A stretch of 63,669 bases of DNA, counting the filler, from Phoronis australis (taxonomy: Eukaryota; Animalia; Phoronida): the NCBI GenBank assembly GCA_002633005.1. It is 7 parts of 7 records of this genome, joined end to end, with 100 filler letters (N's around TTAATTAATTAA, not from the genome) between each part and the next. Parts side by side here need not be neighbours in the genome. Positions count along the whole stretch, not along the records: positions 35,459 to 52,807 come from NMRA01000305.1; positions 52,908 to 56,854 come from NMRA01002762.1; 5 more parts are not named here. The stretch is one strand, 5' to 3'. Below the pieces are notes generated by a model. It was not told the DNA's origin. It saw nothing but the letters and a program-made list of their open reading frames with translations, and made no database searches. Below, in pieces: positions 40,588 through 53,200 of the stretch (the stretch's first letter is position 1; each line of letters opens with the position of its first letter). The translations under genes were made by a program, and so were the position numbers.

Positions 40588-40745
40588 CAGTGGCGGATTT
40601 AGAGGGGGGCCAAAGGGGCCATGGCCCCCCCTAAAATTCTCCCAGATTCCATTTGGCAGTACTGGGGTGCGAATGTCTGACGGGCAAATCCAGGCTAATA
40701 CTCTGCCCTGGCTCCCCCTAACTCAAAATCCTGGATCCGCCCCTG
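40588..40745. mobile_element. hAT-like MITE with apparent 5-bp TSD
   Basis: TIRs CAGTGGCGGAT / ATCCGCCCCTG; flanks ACCAC / ATCAC. Confidence 0.7.
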
Positions 40746-42269
40746 ATCACTTTCAATTCAAAATTTGAAAATGCCTACAGTTTTACCGCACTATGCTTGC
40801 AATTAAACCAAAATAGCAGAATAACAAATCTCAATTTTCTGTTGTTCTGTTTCTTGGCCGAGTTTAAGGCATTCCCACCGCAATACTTTTTGGGAGCTCT
40901 CTCGCTGCTATATACAAAACATGTAACTTTCTTAAGTCTTAGGGCTAGACTTTATGGTTAGGAATAGACATTTACATGTGTATCTGGACTCACTTGTTAC
41001 CATTTGGTGTAGCCACCACGCGCGTGCTTTATGAATAACATAAAGCCTCCTCTTATCGTATGCACGATCCTGTTATCTACACAAGCAACGGCACTCGGGC
41101 GAAGTTTGTCGAGTACTGCCTAATGCCAGGTGAAGCGCTTTGAATCAGAGGCAAATTCAAAATCATAACTATCTAAGTTATCATTATAGTTAGTAGCACC
41201 AGTAGCTGCAACAATTTTGTTGTTGTTGTCCATTCATGTCCTATCTTTAACGAATATGCTGGGGCTTGACCTTTTCGGCGGGGAGGGGTTCGATCGAGCC
41301 CACCNCCCCCCCCCCGGCTACGGGCCTGTACTATTAATAATAAAAGTAAAAAGGTGAAGTATAAACTAGAACCTTTATTTAATTCAACTGCAATTCAGTC
41401 ACTATTTCCAAAAAGATTATACATAGTGGTTGGATACCCCCCTCCCCCAATGTGGATGCCCCGGGCCGTCGCCAAGGTGACTGAGCACCATATACAACAT
41501 CTACAAATAATTAATTCGAACGTGTTTTATATTCACTAAGAAGACAAAATGCGAATAGTTCCATTGCCCGCATATCTGTGTTGAGCAAATGAAATGATTG
41601 TCAATCTAACTTAACTGAAAAACTGTCAGGACTCGTTATACCCACGAATTGTGAATAACATGTTCGCAACATGAACAGAATGTTTTATCTACGTTACAGC
41701 TTTGATATTTTCCACGAAATCTAACACGACTATACGTACCCAATGTCAGGTGCCGCAGAAGTTTTTTCAGCCATTTTGGAGAACACCATATCAAACATAA
41801 AAATACGGACTGTTTCAAAGAGAGGTCAACATCCGATCTACGGAAGTTCTCCCTCGTACGTAGCACTGAGAACGCACCGTTTTCCGGTATCTCACGTAAT
41901 ATTGGGTTCTGCGAATTTCAACTTTTGGGACACAAAGTTCAGGTTTGGATGCGTCATTTTGTGACGATACGCACCTTTCCAGACGCAAACTTTAGCTCTT
42001 CGGGGGACCTGTCTTATGAAAAGTGACTCGGAACGCGAAAGCTCGTCAAATATGAGCCTTAAACAATTCGTGTCTAAAGTACCATCTCGCAACGTCTACT
42101 ACAGAGTTATTAACATTCCTATTTGAAGGAATTTCCAGGAAAAAATCACAAATTTTACGATTTTTGCAATACGCACTAAGGAAAAACTCTGTAGTTACCA
42201 CAGAGTTTCTAATCTGACTGACAAGAGGGGAATTAACGGCAGACTATCATGTGAGATCGCACTCTGAAT

Positions 42270-42858
42270 CTGAGGTCGGCAGCACAGTACGAGGTAAGCT
42301 AGTGAAGCAAGCGATTTCCTAAAAATAATTCCAAGTGTATTTGAGAATATTTAAATACTACAATACCTTTATAACTAATTTTCAACATTTAGGACTTGAA
42401 TCGGACTGGCTGCTGTTTGAACTCGCCATTGTTTTGTTTACCAAAGGTCACATTTCCTATGTAATAGAAATGTGCTAAGTCTATGTCTTGTCATACCAAA
42501 TATGGAGACGTGCTTTGTCTCGTGGAAAATTCAACAAAGTTACGAACAGTTGACAGATCGTTTTTTATTTGAAACTAAGAGAAAAGGGCTTTTCATCAAC
42601 AGAAATTTATTTTTACGAACAAAATGTAAAAATACACAAGGACTAGGTTAAATTTTGTTTCAGCGACTGTGAAGCACTTTGGATAATGCAATTTAGTCTG
42701 ATTTTCGCGTTCCACGTTCCAGACCTCATTAGACAGAAATCTGGTCTTTCGGCTGTCACTTTTTATACAATTGCTAAACCAAGGTTTAGTCAAGTAACTA
42801 TAGCTCATCACAGTCTAGAACTAATTTATAGAAATCTCCTCAGTAACTAGCAGCTATG
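42270..42858. repeat. Dispersed or locally duplicated segment, copy 1
   Basis: High identity to 49460-50232. Confidence 0.85.
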
Positions 42859-43354
42859 TGTGGATACTCGGGCACTTTGCTCTTTTGCCCGAACGAGATT
42901 TAGTTATTTCTCAAAAATAGTTGTGGGTAGCGTAAGACCAATTGCCACTTTCATGAAACGGACCCCTTGAGCTGACCGTAACTTGTGGTGGACCAAATCA
43001 GTGCGTCTTTGAACAGACACGTGCTCTCTTTTAAGGAAGTCTGGGCCTAAGCACTATACCAGCCTCCCCTTCAGTAACGCTAGGACCTCGCTAAAAGGCA
43101 AGACTTCGCGAGATTACGTGAGATATTGCCGTGCTTTTTGAATGAGAACACGTGACTTTGACTATCTTTTAGCTAGGTCCTAGAGTAGGTCCTAGCGTCT
43201 ACTGAACGCACGCCAATATTTGCTTTACGTGCCGTGGAAAGTGCAAAGTACTGGCGTGATGCACAATATAACACTAAGCTTTCATTGTATTTTCTGGTCT
43301 TGCACACGTTTTGTATCACAATGACTATGAAAACGTACACTAAGTTTATGAGAA

Positions 43355-43500
43355 GGCAGTGAGGCACCCGCTTTGTTTACATGAGGTCGTGAGTTCGAGT
43401 CCCACTGGGTCACACTGCTAAGCCCTTGAGTCGAGTTTCTAGCTCCTCAACTCAGTTTTAACTATAAGCATAAAAATGGGTCCAGTGATCAGTGCAATGG
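43355..43500 (+). mobile_element. tRNA-derived SINE, possibly CORE-type
   Basis: B-box GAGTTCGAGTCCC followed by CCCTTGAG...AAAAATGGGT, which resembles a CORE domain. Confidence 0.45.
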
Positions 43501-43683
43501 GCCCACATGTGCGACGTGTATCAGACCGCATGCACTTTTTTATAAAAACGTAAGTATAGCCTATCCTGGTTTAATAGTTACAATGGTGGGTTGGCAATGG
43601 AAAGGTTCAAGGTAAGAATCTCCATAGTGCGCCAGAAATATAATGCCAAAAGAAGTGTTTATCGTTGACCACCATGAATGTAC

Positions 43684-43859
43684 TAGATACCGTGCTCGTT
43701 CTTCTGAGAAAGTTGTAAACCTGAAGATGGACGTAGGAATGATCAAGTTTACTGTCCGATATTTAGGGTCCGTCCGATAATTAAGTACACTTTGTGTAGA
43801 TACCGTGCTCGTTCTTCTGAGAAAGTTGTAAACCTTAAGATGGACGTAGGAATGATCAA
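43684..43859. repeat. Direct repeat of about 62 bp, 2 copies
   Basis: TAGATACCGTGCTCGTTCTTCTGAGAAAG...GGAATGATCAA at 43684 and 43797. Confidence 0.85.
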
Positions 43860-44918
43860 CTGAAACGTCGCGCCAACGTAAAAAGGTTTGAGGCATAGTA
43901 CAAGAGTTGTATAGTTTGAGGTTGGTGTAAATAGGCCAATAGATTTTAAAGGATATTGTTGCAGTCAATACTTCATAGCGATTTTAGGAAGTCAACCCCT
44001 ATCTTGTTCGTCAGCTATTTGACGTGGTATGACGTTGCGACTCGTTATGGTAAACTGACCGTCATGAGCAAACAGAATAAATTACCAGAATAAACACCAT
44101 GTAATTTCTGCAAATGCAATTTTTCTTCATTTTCTGAATCATTTAGGGATCTTTAAAGGTATTTCAGAGTTATAATCGAGCATTATTGTCGCATTTCTGT
44201 GGTAAACAACTTTCTTACATTTTAAAAAGGTTAGTGCCACTGAAATGGTTATCACGTGGCAGTGTGTTGCAGCATTATATTTTACCCATCATTTTATTTG
44301 ATAGATAGATACATCTGCGGTAAACGTCTGATGCCGTCACACTGAAATTATTGTGAAATCAGTGTAATGGTTTTGGAACTTCTGACCTCACTGTCTGTCC
44401 AGCTTGAGCTGAATAACTTTGACACAGTACAAAACTATTACCTTGAGAATCCAGAAGACTATGTTCATTCACGCAATGTCGAAAAATAACATCTCCTTAA
44501 GTGTCAAAAAGGCATTCTAAGGTAAAAAAATGAGGTGCCCTGATTTCCCACCACTAAATGAGAGTACTGAAAATGTGTTTGAACAACACTGTAGCATTCA
44601 TAACCCCACAGGTCTGGAATTAGTTGTGAAATTCATGATAGAGTTCAAACCCGTGACATTGACCTTATCACCCTTCCGGGCATTTTCACCTGTTGTTAAC
44701 CGTACTTCACACGTAATCACAGTCAAATAAAAGTTACAGCTGCACACACATATATTATGCCCGATATGCAGGTTACATGAAATGCACACAGCGGAAATTT
44801 GATGGCTGTGAACCATACACGGATGTGCAGTCTATTTTGTGAAAACAAAAATGGAATTAAAAAGAGCTCAACGTTGAGCTTATAATTACTTCTCTCAGTC
44901 ACGAAATCTGACATTGAT

Positions 44919-46957
44919 CTATTCATCCTCATCGGCATTCCAACACATCAAATGTCGCCATCGCAAAGCGACACCTTTCGTCTGCACAGAATAAGTGGTA
45001 GAGCCGTTGCCTGCGCGACAATTTCGTTGAAATTGTGATTTCAAACTTTGAAAAAATCCCTTACGTTTTGCAACGTCTGTTTTATCCGTAATCGGCGACA
45101 GAGTTGTGGATGTTCTCTGACACAGAAGATTCGGCATCAAGAGGCACATCCACGAATGCAGAGGTGTTGTCGTCTTTTGGTCGAGTGTCCTCTACGACGA
45201 ATGTAATTTTATTACTTTGCAATCTTGTGTCAAAAACTTTCCTCTCACAATCAAACGCACAGCGTTCAGTGTCCATTGCGTTATCTTCTACAGCAAACGA
45301 CAAGAAATACTGGTGCAACGTTGCGAAAGAACGTAGACGGTCTGTCGCACGTGAGACGACCAGCATCTTCGAAAGCCCCTGTTTCGTTGCTAGATTGCCG
45401 ACTTGTGACGACAGTCTCGTCACTATTAATTACAGACACTTCAGAATCAGTTGGAACATGCAATTTTGCAAATGACATGGAACTGTGAGGCCAGTGTGTG
45501 ACACCAAAATTTTTTGGCGCCCTCTAGTCGAATATTTTCACGTTTGTCTTAGGAATTTTACTTTGTCCTGTACTCCAGTATCACCATAATTCTTCGCCCC
45601 TGTCTTGACATCGGAAACACTTTGTTCAATGTAAACTCTGTCCCGAAAACAGCAAAAGCAGCATTATGGCTTGCCGTAACTGACTGCTGCTGCAAATCCA
45701 CTAATTCGTCATTGTCAGGATCAATAATCATCTCTTCTACATTTGGAAGATCTGTATGCTAGTGGAGATTATTTTCTTGCGATTCCTCGTTCTGTATGGA
45801 ATCGGATGATAGTTCCTTCAAATTAGACTCCGTTTCAAAAATAGAAAACTTAGACTTATGGAGTGCCTAAGGAAACTGTTGTTGCTTATCTGCCATTCCA
45901 CCAGCAGGGTATCTAACCAGCTCTCTCTGTACGATTGGCAGATCTTTATTATCGTTCCTCTCCCTCGTTTCCTCTTTTTGTGCGAAAATCGGGAACACAT
46001 TGTCTTCCTCCGAAGTCGGCACAGTTTCGAAAACAGAAAACTGATTCATTAGTCCCACTATTTTGCCGCCACCAGGATCAGTGAGGGTTCTATCTGAATA
46101 GTTGGCAGGTATTCCTCCTCCTGGACATTCTTCTCCTCTGCTGGAAATACTTCCTCCGAGGTACCCCGCGTTTCGAAAGCAACGAAAATAGGATCGCGGC
46201 TTGCCGCATTTAAATGTCGCTGGTCTACTATTCCTCCGGCATCAGGGCCACAAATCGGCTCCTTCTCTGTAGTTGGGAGACTTATCTTCTCATTCTCATC
46301 CTTCTCCCCTGACTCCTCTTTTTGTGAGAAAATAAGGAAAAGTTTCAGGGGCGGATCCAGGNCGGTCCTGTTGACTAAAAAAAAAAACGGTAACGGGTTG
46401 TTCAGGGCCTATGCATTGTTTATTCACCCTCCTCCCGAGCCCTCCTGGTTGCGTGCATGTGCTAATCAGTAATTCGCTCCCGAACTCCCAAATGGTATCT
46501 GGTATAATTTTAGGGGGGCCATGGCCCCCTTCTCCCCCCTAAATCCGCCACTGAGTTTTTCTTCCTCCTCATAAACATTCTTCTCCCCTCCCATGGCTCC
46601 TTGCGAAGTGCTCTTTTCACATCTGGCTCCAGCTGTATAGATTGCTGTTGAGTTCGTATTGGACGAATTGCCAGGCGAGGACTGTCAATTTGTGTACTGT
46701 GCTTGTCTGTTTGCGACGTGCTACCTTCGCAATGTAAAGGTAGCACACATCTGCTACACACCCAGCATGAAATCCAATCCTTTTCACCCCAACGTCTGTT
46801 TTCTGAACTGTTTTGGATGAGTCAGATACGTTTCTTAGGCACTTATTATCCACTGCCGAGCTTGTAGAAATGTCTTTCTTGCACGGAAATCTCTGCGTGA
46901 CAGAGTCGACTTTCTCTGTCGTTTCCAGCACTATTTGCCATCAGCTTAAAAACCATG
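44919..46957 (-). pseudogene. Decayed intronless ORF for an acidic, internally repetitive protein of unknown family
   Basis: Chain of overlapping minus-strand frames sharing a peptide repeat (F..FET...FP...EE...LP...P..G...D). There are several frameshifts and stops. The frame is restored across the MITE at 46346-46553. Confidence 0.55.
46346..46553. mobile_element. hAT-like MITE with 5-bp TSD (AGTTT)
   Basis: TIRs CAGGGGCGGAT / ATCCGCCACTG with AGTTT on both sides. Same family as 40588-40745, in inverted orientation. Confidence 0.8.
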
Positions 46958-49161
46958 CTAAGTATGATCACAAAGTCCCCAAATGGCTCTGTTAACCATT
47001 GCTAGGTCCATTACAAGATTTTGATAAGTGAATACGTCACGAGTAGTGCCACGTCTTCAATCATTCACGTCAAATGGCAAAAACTATTCGAGGCGAGTTC
47101 CAAGACGCGAATATCGCGAACGAAACTAGTGTGATCGTAGACTATAGATAACATCTTTTTGTTTAAAGTGCCAGGCGATATCTCGCGAACTCTTGAGTGT
47201 TCTTGGTTTTTGTTTTAGCATATACCGTATGCAATTCCTAAAAAATGAAATACGCAACTTTTGAACGTACAGAAAATATTTTCTAGTATAACCCCATCCG
47301 GGGGTTACTCCTGGTCTGACTCAAGGGCACGGCAGACCAACCTTGAATTCCTAGGGATAACAAATATTTTTTAAACATACCAGGCTTGAAGTAATACCAG
47401 AAGAGATGTTATGTTCTCAAAATACGTACAAAATACAGACAGCATTAGACGTCCCAAATACCGCTTCAACTAGAGACGGCCAACAATTCTTTGGAAATTT
47501 AACAATTCCAGCATAACTTTTCAAGGTGAATTCAATTTCAAAAGCCAAACAGATCAGTTTTAGTCTACGGTAGTTTAATTTATTTTAGCAGGCATTTTAC
47601 TGCCCTGACGTCATCGCTGATATGGTAATTGCTCTCGCTCCACGTGTAAAAAAAACCCAGATTAGTGTTCCCGACAACGAAGCATTCGGTCTACAACGAT
47701 CTGTGTTTAAATGTATTGACACACACACAGTTGCGGCACAGTCGAAATTTCTAAAGATTTGTTGAGTTTTGGATAACTTTGTAAATTAGATTTTTATCTA
47801 TGCATGATTCATGTGGAGAATTTCTCGCTTACACTGGTGACCGCTCTGATTCCCTAAGCCCCAGACAACTTTTATGATGCCTATTCAGCACGCCCTTTGT
47901 ATTGAAGTAGATCTGAGCTAATGAAGTGGGAAGGTAATTGCTAGCATTACTGTCTCAACAATGGTTGTTGTTAATAACCCCAATTTGGTTTTCTCTGACA
48001 TTTGCAGAGCTATAACCTGCAAATCTGAAGAGTAGTTTTAACTTGTTACAGTACAAATATTACAAAATGACTAAAAAGAAAGATTAACTTGTGTTTATCT
48101 TCACAAAGGCCTACTTCCCATAGGAAAGGTAAGTTTCATATATTTTTTTTTTAATTTAATTTTAATGCTTCTGCCCACTTGTTTTTTTTTACCGGGAACG
48201 GGTTGATAACTTTATCTAAGTTTTGAACTTCAAGTATCAAAACAGTGGTAGATTTTGATGGGCCATCTAAACTTAATTAGTTAAGTTCATTGTGAGCCCA
48301 CCCCTAAACTTTCCACATTACAAGTACATTAAACATTTCACGTGTCATTAAAGTTTATCTTTATTAGAACTCAAATCATAAAATATATACAAAAGTGCAA
48401 ATATGGTGATAACCAAACTGAAGATTTGGAATCTCTAGACAATTTAGGTGGTACTGGTTATATAACTATTCTAGCTCTTTATCAAAAATAAAAAATTAAA
48501 AGTGGGCACAACTAATGTTTCCTGGTCAAAAATCTGGTTAAACGAGATTGAAAGAATGTTAAAAAATGAATCCAAGTGATATTGTTAACTCTGATCATCG
48601 TTTGTATATCCACCGAGTATATCAATACACGCAGTAGTTTATCTTCAATCGTCAGTACCCAATGGTTGTAGTTTTTAGATTATTAGTTCACCGATTTTTA
48701 AAAATCGAAAACCGTACTTGGTTGTTTTTTCCAGCTGAATACAGCCGTGGTGTTCATTTATAACGAAAATTATTAGTTAATGCATTTTGAAAATTCGACA
48801 TTATATATACAGAGATGTTTAATACAGTTTATGGTCGGATAGTGACATTTAATTGCTCTTGCTCGCATCGGGCAATGTGGTCATCACAACTGTACCTGAT
48901 TCCGGCGCCGCGCTCTCTTTGATCCTGGTACAAGCCGCTCAGAAGGACAAGCGGTGAAAATCCTCTTATCTTTAGAAATGCGTGACGTCATTGTAGGCGT
49001 ATTATTCACGTTATGTTGCAGCTCAGGACATTCCAAATTTTTATGTGAACTTTCGAGCTCCCATGTGTGAACACTTTCATATAGTATTCAATCAGGAAAG
49101 GCAACCACGAAAATTGTTTGGAAAAAGGCACCTACCTTTTCGTAGAGAAGCTGATAGTGAG

Positions 49162-49406
49162 AAAGTCAACAGTGAGTTGGTGTGATACATCCTCAATACC
49201 TGTGGGAGTACCCCCCTTCTCCCAACATCTGTGTACCTGGGAGGTTCACAAGCTTACTAGGTAACTTCGTACTCCTGAATAAGGCCTTACTACTTATCCA
49301 GAGGATGAAACTTGTTATCCAAACCAGGCATGCACCACTATGTAAGTCCTACGCCTGGGAGTAACCTAGCTACCCCCCGGAGAAATATGTGTTGAATGGC
49401 ATGGCA
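49162..49406. repeat. Dispersed repeat, copy 2
   Basis: Matches 36371-36613. Confidence 0.8.
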
Positions 49407-49459
49407 GTTAACAACACTCTACGTCTGGTAAAGTCACTGAACGGAAAAACGCCGTCATG

Positions 49460-50232
49460 TCTGAGGTCGACAGCACTGTTTGAGGCAAGTCAATGAAGCA
49501 GGCGATTTCCTAAAAATAATTCCAAGTGTATTTTAGAATATTTAAATACTACAATACCTTTATAACTAATCTTAACTTAAACAGTTAGGACTTGAATCGG
49601 ACTGGTTGCTGTTTGAAGTCGCCATTGTTTTGTTTACAATAAAAGTCACATTTCGTATGTAATGGAAATATGCTAAGTCTATATTTTGTCATACTAAATA
49701 TGGAGACACGCTTTGTCTCGTGGAAAATTCAACGAAATTACGAACAGTTGACAGATGTTTTTTTGGAATTTGAAACTAAAAGAAAAGGGCTTTGACATCA
49801 ACAGAAATTCATTGTTACGAACAAACTGTAAAAATACATAGGGACTAGGTTAAATAATTCTGCAAAATCCACTTTAAATTTTGTTTCAGCGACTGTGAAG
49901 CACTTTGCATCATGCATATTTAGTCTGTTTTTCGCGTTCCACGTTCCAGACCTCATTAGACAGAAATCTGGTCTTTCGGCTGTCACTTTTTATACAATTG
50001 CTAAACCAAGGTTTAGTCAAGTAACTATAGTTCATCACAGTCTAGAACTAATTTACAGAAATCTCCTCAGTAACTATAGTTCATCACAGTCTAGAACTAA
50101 TTTATAGAAATCTCCTCAGTAACTATAGTTCATCACAGTCTAGAACTAATTTACAGAAATCTCCTCAGTAACTATAGTTCATCACAGTCTAGAACTAATT
50201 TATAGAAATCTCCTCAGTAACTAGCAGCTATG
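49460..50232. repeat. Duplicated segment, copy 2, containing a 4 x 49-bp tandem array (50028-50223)
   Basis: Matches 42270-42858. Unit TAGTTCATCACAGTCTAGAACTAATTTA(C/T)AGAAATCTCCTCAGTAACTA. Confidence 0.88.
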
Positions 50233-53200
50233 CGATATCTCACAAAGTCTTGAGTGTTCTAGCGTTTTCTTTTAGCGAAGTTTTTGCAACTTCGGAACAC
50301 AAGCTCGATATAGCCGGCGCACATCCAAGGTGCATACTTAGTATGAAAGAGCATTTTGTTGGACATTTTTATTTAGTATTTGAGAGAAGAAACAGTTCAA
50401 GTTCTAAATTACCCGGTAGCAAAATTTTTAACTTTTTAAAGACGCTAGTGTTAAGTTCCCGGATGTTGCGTGCAACCTGACTCGCATAAAGCTTTCTTTA
50501 TTAATTGATGCCATACTTTAATTTGAAGTTTCACAAACTATTTATTTCCTTGTATCCAAAGTCTCTGTGTACAATTCTTTGTAAAGTGCATTCAACATAC
50601 GTTCTTAAATAAACTTGTATTATATTTTATTCCACTGTACATGTGCTTTTTCTGTTGTTATTCATGTTTTTCTATTATCTATTTAATTTATCCCGTACGC
50701 GTTGAATCTGTCGAGGAAAATACGGCCATGTAATAAAGTTTTCCGTATTTACCTCCCGCACTACTTCAACAATGACCTCTTGACAGGGAAAGTTCAAAAG
50801 GTAGGTCAATGTCGACTCGACGTCGTTAGCAGGTTAGATCGCCAAACTTTCGGAAAATAGTTCAAAGTAATAAAATTGTAGCAGTGTAAATAACGCTCAA
50901 CATACAATCAGGTCTCAATCGTAACATCTGGAACAAGACTGTTAATTATATGTCAGTTCTGTCTCAGTTTTCATTTGCTAAATATTTTATCGTCTGCAAC
51001 TCAGGTGCCGATTCCTCTGTAACTACAATATCAAATATTGTTGTTATTTAACTATTTTCAGGCGATGTTACAAGTGCAATGAAAATTTAACCTCATTTTC
51101 ATCTTTGTTATCTCTTTTTAAGTAATAAATCGTCACATTTAAAACCGTTTCTTTTACTGGAGAAAAGTTGCAGCCTAACGCGCAAGTACATACAAATTTG
51201 ATGTGATCCGCCACGTGAACAGTCTGAGTGAAGAATTTAAAAAATCTGCAGAAAAAGTGAATGAAACTTAGGAATTCGAAGCGTACGGGATAAATACAAA
51301 ACGTACCTCGATTGGCGAACATTATTCCGACTCGGTCAATACGGATATTACTTCATGTACGCCACTCTCGGTACGCCTTGTGTATTTATCGTTACTCGGT
51401 GGTCAGCTATTAGCGGCCCGTACCTTTGCTGGCCAATCAGTCATATAACAATGTATGTTTTTATATAATTAATAAACACAGTTTGTTTCTCTATAAAAAG
51501 AGCGGTACTTGAAATTAAGCATTTAAGGTTGAGAGCTGTGTTAATTTTTCACAACTTGAAAGGCACAAACATGACATGCCTTTCGCCGAATTTGTTGACA
51601 TTGGTGTTTTAATTATTTTTATGCTGCCTCTCTACCTCTCTCTGCCTCTCTGTGAATCGAACCACAGCAACGACAGTGGCAAGAGATGACGAATTACAGA
51701 CAAATCAGACTATAGCTTTGGCCCTTAATGTTAATTGATTTTTTTACGTTTGCCTCTATATCTTAGGATTTCGTTAGCTTATTTTCATGAAATTCTGCAA
51801 CAAATAGTTATGTTTTGCAGAGATGGCGCCACCATCTCAATTCGAAATGGCTTTGACGCAATATGCTACATCTAATGGCTATTCTTATAATTGTAAATAT
51901 ACCCATTGAAGCACACCTTTTGCAGTGCAATCATGGGTGCATTTCAACGTTCCGCGTTGCTCTTGTTGATATCTGTGTTTATATCTACTTAACCCCTTGC
52001 AAGGTCACAATTTGGTGTGTGTAGTCCTATTTTAAAGTCGACAACAATTGGACCACTGCTGTGCCTCCGATTGCAAATTTCATCTTTTTTTCTCAAAAAA
52101 GTCAGTTACGCCTGTCTCTATCTTTAGAGTTCCTTTGCGGATTTTTATTAAATTTTACGGATAGTGTTCTTAGAGAGAAGACGACGCCTTGCTTTGGATA
52201 GGTTCAATGTATTCTGTGTCGTTTTAAAGTATCCAAGGCACCCCACTGTGTCGAGCTGGGTTAACCCAACAAAGAAGCTATTTAAGTGCTTCAATGTATC
52301 CTAACTGTGATCACGTGGGTTTCAATGACAGCACACAGTAGAATCAGTGCAGACGTATTTTCCCCACTGGTGGCTCTGTCATCAATAAAATGCTAGTAGA
52401 AAAATGTCAGAACACTTTTCTCCTGAGGAAAAGGTTTCCTCACAGAACTGACTCCAGAAAAAATAATGTCATTGAGAGCAAGAAAAGTGACGCCAAGTCA
52501 ACGGGAGCAACAGTCCTTAGTGGGACAATGGCTCCAGACTAGGTAAACAGTTCCCGCAATCGGAAAAACGCAACCTTAAACAGTTAAAGGACATTTGGAA
52601 GCTGAGTGGAACGAGGGAAGTGGTACGATCGTCAGAGGAGATGAGATCACAGAAACAGGTTTATAAAGGTACTTTTGAGAGCGACTGATGAAATATAGCT
52701 TTAACCCTTCCTTGAATACTACATCGGTTGGCGTCAATGAGTCGGCCCGCGATGCGATCGAGAATAACAAAAAAAAAAAAAAAAAAAATTAAAAGGAATT
52801 TACAGCTNNNNNNNNNNNNNNNNNNNNNNNNNNNNNNNNNNNNNNNNNNNNTTAATTAATTAANNNNNNNNNNNNNNNNNNNNNNNNNNNNNNNNNNNNN
52901 NNNNNNNTGCACGGAAACTGAAACAATGCTTACGTAGTCGTTAATTACTTGGCACGACAGCCTCATTAGGCCTAATTGTATAGGTAAACAGAGTGTTTAT
53001 TCCGACTTATTATGCAGAAAACGGAGCCCGAAGAAACAAAAATCTCTTAAGTCTTATGGAGTCTTCATTAAACTGATGTTATCGGTGACAAAAGTTTTTT
53101 TGAGATCAGCCGCCATGCAGAATTGAGCTCCCAATGCAACGCTTGGCTGGCGATTTATAATAAAATCACAAAAACACGACGGATTTTCTTGTTTTACAAC

